Shown in pieces: positions 62,296 through 64,000 of a stretch of 64,000 nucleotides of DNA; position 1 is the stretch's first letter, and the number at the start of each line of letters is the position of its first letter. The stretch is from an uncultured Verrucomicrobiota bacterium (lineage in GTDB: Bacteria; Verrucomicrobiota; Kiritimatiellia; RZYC01; CAZAYP01): contig CAZAYP010000006.1 in the NCBI GenBank assembly GCA_964489425.1, positions 47,802 through 111,801 of the forward strand. Reading direction: 5' to 3'. A program made the position numbers and the translations under genes. The notes under the pieces are model-generated. The model made no database searches and was not told where the DNA came from. It worked only from the letters and a program-made list of their open reading frames with translations.

Positions 62296-63373
62296 GGCTG
62301 CTGTCTCGCCGTCGGGACGGACCTGCCGCGGCGGCCAGGTGCTGGCGCACCAGCTCGGCGCGGCAGGCGTCGCGTTGCTTGGTGTTTAGTGTCTTGCCTT
62401 TCATCTTCTGCAGGTGCGCCGGCTGGGTCATGATCGTCAACGCGTCCACGGTTTCCCGGCGCACATTTTTCAATATAGCCAGTTCGATGCCCAGGCGCAA
62501 GCCCGAGAGCAGGTTCAGCGCCTCCTTGGAGGTCAGGAGGTGGGCGTGGGTCAGCAGCCCGTAGGCGCGCCCCACGTGGTCGTGCAGCGCGATCTTCTTC
62601 TTTTCCAGCAGGCGCAGGCGGGCGTTATTTTCGTGGCCCACGATCTCGTGGATGATCTTTTCCAGGTGCTGGAGCAGGTCCGCCTCGGACTGGCCCAGGG
62701 TGACCTGGTTGGAGATCTGGAACATGTTGCCGGTGGCCTCGGTGCCTTCGCCCCACAGCCCGCGCACGGCCAGGCCGATCTTGGACAGGCCGCGCACCAC
62801 CGGCTCCATCTCGTTGAGCAGGACCAGCCCCGGCAGGTGCAGCATGGCGCTGGCGCGGAGCCCGGTGCCCACGTTGGTCGGGCAGGCGGTGAGGTAGCCC
62901 AGGCGCGGGGAGAACGCGTAGTCCAGCCGCGCTTCCAGCTCGCTGTCCAGCTGGTCCGCCAGGCGCCAGGCCTCGGCCAGTTGCAGGCCCGGCTGCAGCG
63001 ACTGCAGGCGCAGGTGGTCCTCCTCGTTCACCATCACCGCCAGGCGCTCGTCCCGGCGGATGACCACCCCGCCGCTCTGCTTGTCCTGGATCTGCTCGCG
63101 GCTGACCAGGTGGCGCTCGAACAGGATCAGGCGGTCAAGCTCCTCGAGATCGTCCATCTTGAAGACCCCGCCCGGGGCCATGGCCGGCGCCGCGCCCACG
63201 GTCGGGGCCAGCTCGTCGTACAGCGCCGCGCGCTGCGCCGCGTTGGCCCAGCCCGGGAACCGCCGCGCCCGCAGGTTGCGCGCCAGGCGCACGCGGCTGG
63301 ACACCACGACCCCGCACTGGGCGCCGGCGGTCATCCACGCGCCGGCATTGCCAAAAAAGTCGCACACGTTCAT
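62288..63373 (-). CDS. mcsB: Protein arginine kinase McsB
   Basis: The ATG at 63373 gives MNVCDFFGNAGAWM..VVVSSRVRLARNL. Phosphagen-kinase motifs are present: NEEDHLRLQ, CPTNVGTGLRAS and LAVRGLWGEG. The track start at 63622 lies inside mcsA. The start overlaps the mcsA stop by 4 nt. Confidence 0.9.
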   Translation of the reverse strand: MNVCDFFGNAGAWMTAGAQCGVVVSSRVRLARNLRARRFPGWANAAQRAALYDELAPTVGAAPAMAPGGVFKMDDLEELDRLILFERHLVSREQIQDKQSGGVVIRRDERLAVMVNEEDHLRLQSLQPGLQLAEAWRLADQLDSELEARLDYAFSPRLGYLTACPTNVGTGLRASAMLHLPGLVLLNEMEPVVRGLSKIGLAVRGLWGEGTEATGNMFQISNQVTLGQSEADLLQHLEKIIHEIVGHENNARLRLLEKKKIALHDHVGRAYGLLTHAHLLTSKEALNLLSGLRLGIELAILKNVRRETVDALTIMTQPAHLQKMKGKTLNTKQRDACRAELVRQHLAAAAGPSRRRDSSHE

Positions 63374-63891
63374 GGCGTTGCCTGCTGGCTCCCGGCCGGG
63401 CTGCGGCAGGTCTGGATGCGGTCGCGCAGGCGCGCGGCCTCCTCGAAGCGTTCCGCGGCCACGGCCTGGTCCAGGGCCTGCTGCAGCGCGGCAAGCTCCG
63501 CGGCCACGGCGACCGCCTGCTGCTCGCGGGCCGGGACCTTGCCCTGGTGCCGGTCGCCATGGTGCACGGCCTTGAGCACCCCGGCGAGCTCTTCGGCAAA
63601 GGTCTCGTAGCAACCGGCGCATCCCAGGCGCCCGGTTTTTTTAAAGTCCTGGCGCTTCAGGCCGCAGGCCGGGCATTGGAGGTCGGCGGCCGGCGCCGCC
63701 GCGTCCGGCGGTTCCTGCTCTTTGGCCTGGCCGGCGCCGAACAGGATATCGGTGATCGAAATGGGGCCCTGGATATCGAAGCCGGCCTTGTCGGCGCACA
63801 CCTGGCACAGGTGCAGCTTGCGCACCTTGCCATCGGCCACTTGGGTCAGATGAACATTCGCCTCCTGCGTATGGCAATGTTCGCATTCCAT
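63370..63891 (-). CDS. mcsA: McsA-like activator (Cys-rich zinc-binding N-terminus plus UVR motif)
   Basis: MECEHCHTQEANVHLTQV...LHLCQVCA and CPACG..GRLGCAGCY give two CxxC pairs. The C-terminus carries the UVR motif ERFEEAARLRDRI. Confidence 0.8.
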   Translation of the reverse strand: MECEHCHTQEANVHLTQVADGKVRKLHLCQVCADKAGFDIQGPISITDILFGAGQAKEQEPPDAAAPAADLQCPACGLKRQDFKKTGRLGCAGCYETFAEELAGVLKAVHHGDRHQGKVPAREQQAVAVAAELAALQQALDQAVAAERFEEAARLRDRIQTCRSPAGSQQATP

Positions 63892-63898
63892 GGGCAGG

Positions 63899-64000
63899 CT
63901 ACTTGATCGGGCGACCGTTCTGGGCCGCGTACTCCTTGAACCGCGCTTCCAGCTTGCGGGTGATGACCCCGGGCTGGCCGCTGCCGATCGTGCGCCGGTC
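63899..64000 (-). CDS. 3' end of a class IV (branched-chain / D-amino-acid) aminotransferase-like gene (partial; continues beyond the right edge)
   Basis: The hand-read frame gives ..DRRTIGSGQPGVITRKLEARFKEYAAQNGRPIK*, with the stop as complement of cta at 63899-63901. The G.PG.iT.kL...F C-terminal pattern is typical of IlvE/DAAT-type enzymes. Only 33 codons are visible. Confidence 0.5.
   Translation of the reverse strand, partial: DRRTIGSGQPGVITRKLEARFKEYAAQNGRPIK

Noticed and set aside
59881-62433. 850-aa plus-strand ORF opposite clpC
   Set aside because: It is antisense to a canonical ClpC with both Walker A motifs. The composition is typical of a GC-rich antisense frame.
1-64000. tRNA, rRNA, tmRNA, RNase P or SRP RNA genes
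   Set aside because: I scanned the non-coding stretches (4122-4399, 5124-5796, 16612-17708, 20856-20978, 40847-40972) by eye. I found no T-arm GGTTCGAATCC-type motifs, no GAGGAAAGTCC (RNase P), and no SRP or tmRNA hallmark sequences. A covariance-model scan would be needed to be certain.

Overview
GC-rich bacterial chromosomal segment (about two-thirds G+C by eye, third codon positions mostly G/C). The envelope genes present (OmpH/Skp, a TolC-like channel, a MetA-type outer-membrane barrel, an L,D-transpeptidase) indicate a diderm. The gene content looks PVC-like (Verrucomicrobiota/Kiritimatiellota type), but the taxon cannot be proven from sequence alone. I call 39 protein-coding features, 1 gene remnant, 2 repeat features, 1 terminator and 1 promoter/operator. 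I found no rRNA, tRNA or CRISPR array. About one third of the window encodes three giant secreted beta-helix surface proteins: a partial gene at 1-4121, a 1675-aa protein at 22007-27034 and a 3750-aa protein at 29594-40846. The last carries five in-frame 780-bp tandem repeats. The most unusual locus is a six-gene, translationally coupled operon at 5797-16611. It joins a lamin-tail-domain-rich secreted CotH kinase, a small secreted protein, a VTC (polyphosphate-polymerase-like) domain protein and a DUF4956 membrane protein to a periplasmic adaptor and a TolC-like channel, with no canonical inner-membrane pump. I propose it is an uncharacterised envelope-spanning synthesis/export system; this is inference only. 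Three small toxin-antitoxin modules (MNT-HEPN, HicBA, VapBC) sit in lower-GC patches between the large genes. The remainder is housekeeping (gcvT, trmB, rnc, xerD, murA, recN, mcsA-mcsB-clpC), an envelope glycosylation/lipid cluster (45765-53001), a CHASE2 adenylate cyclase and a Na/Pi cotransporter. Many very long ORFs in the supplied track are antisense artefacts of high GC content and are rejected below.
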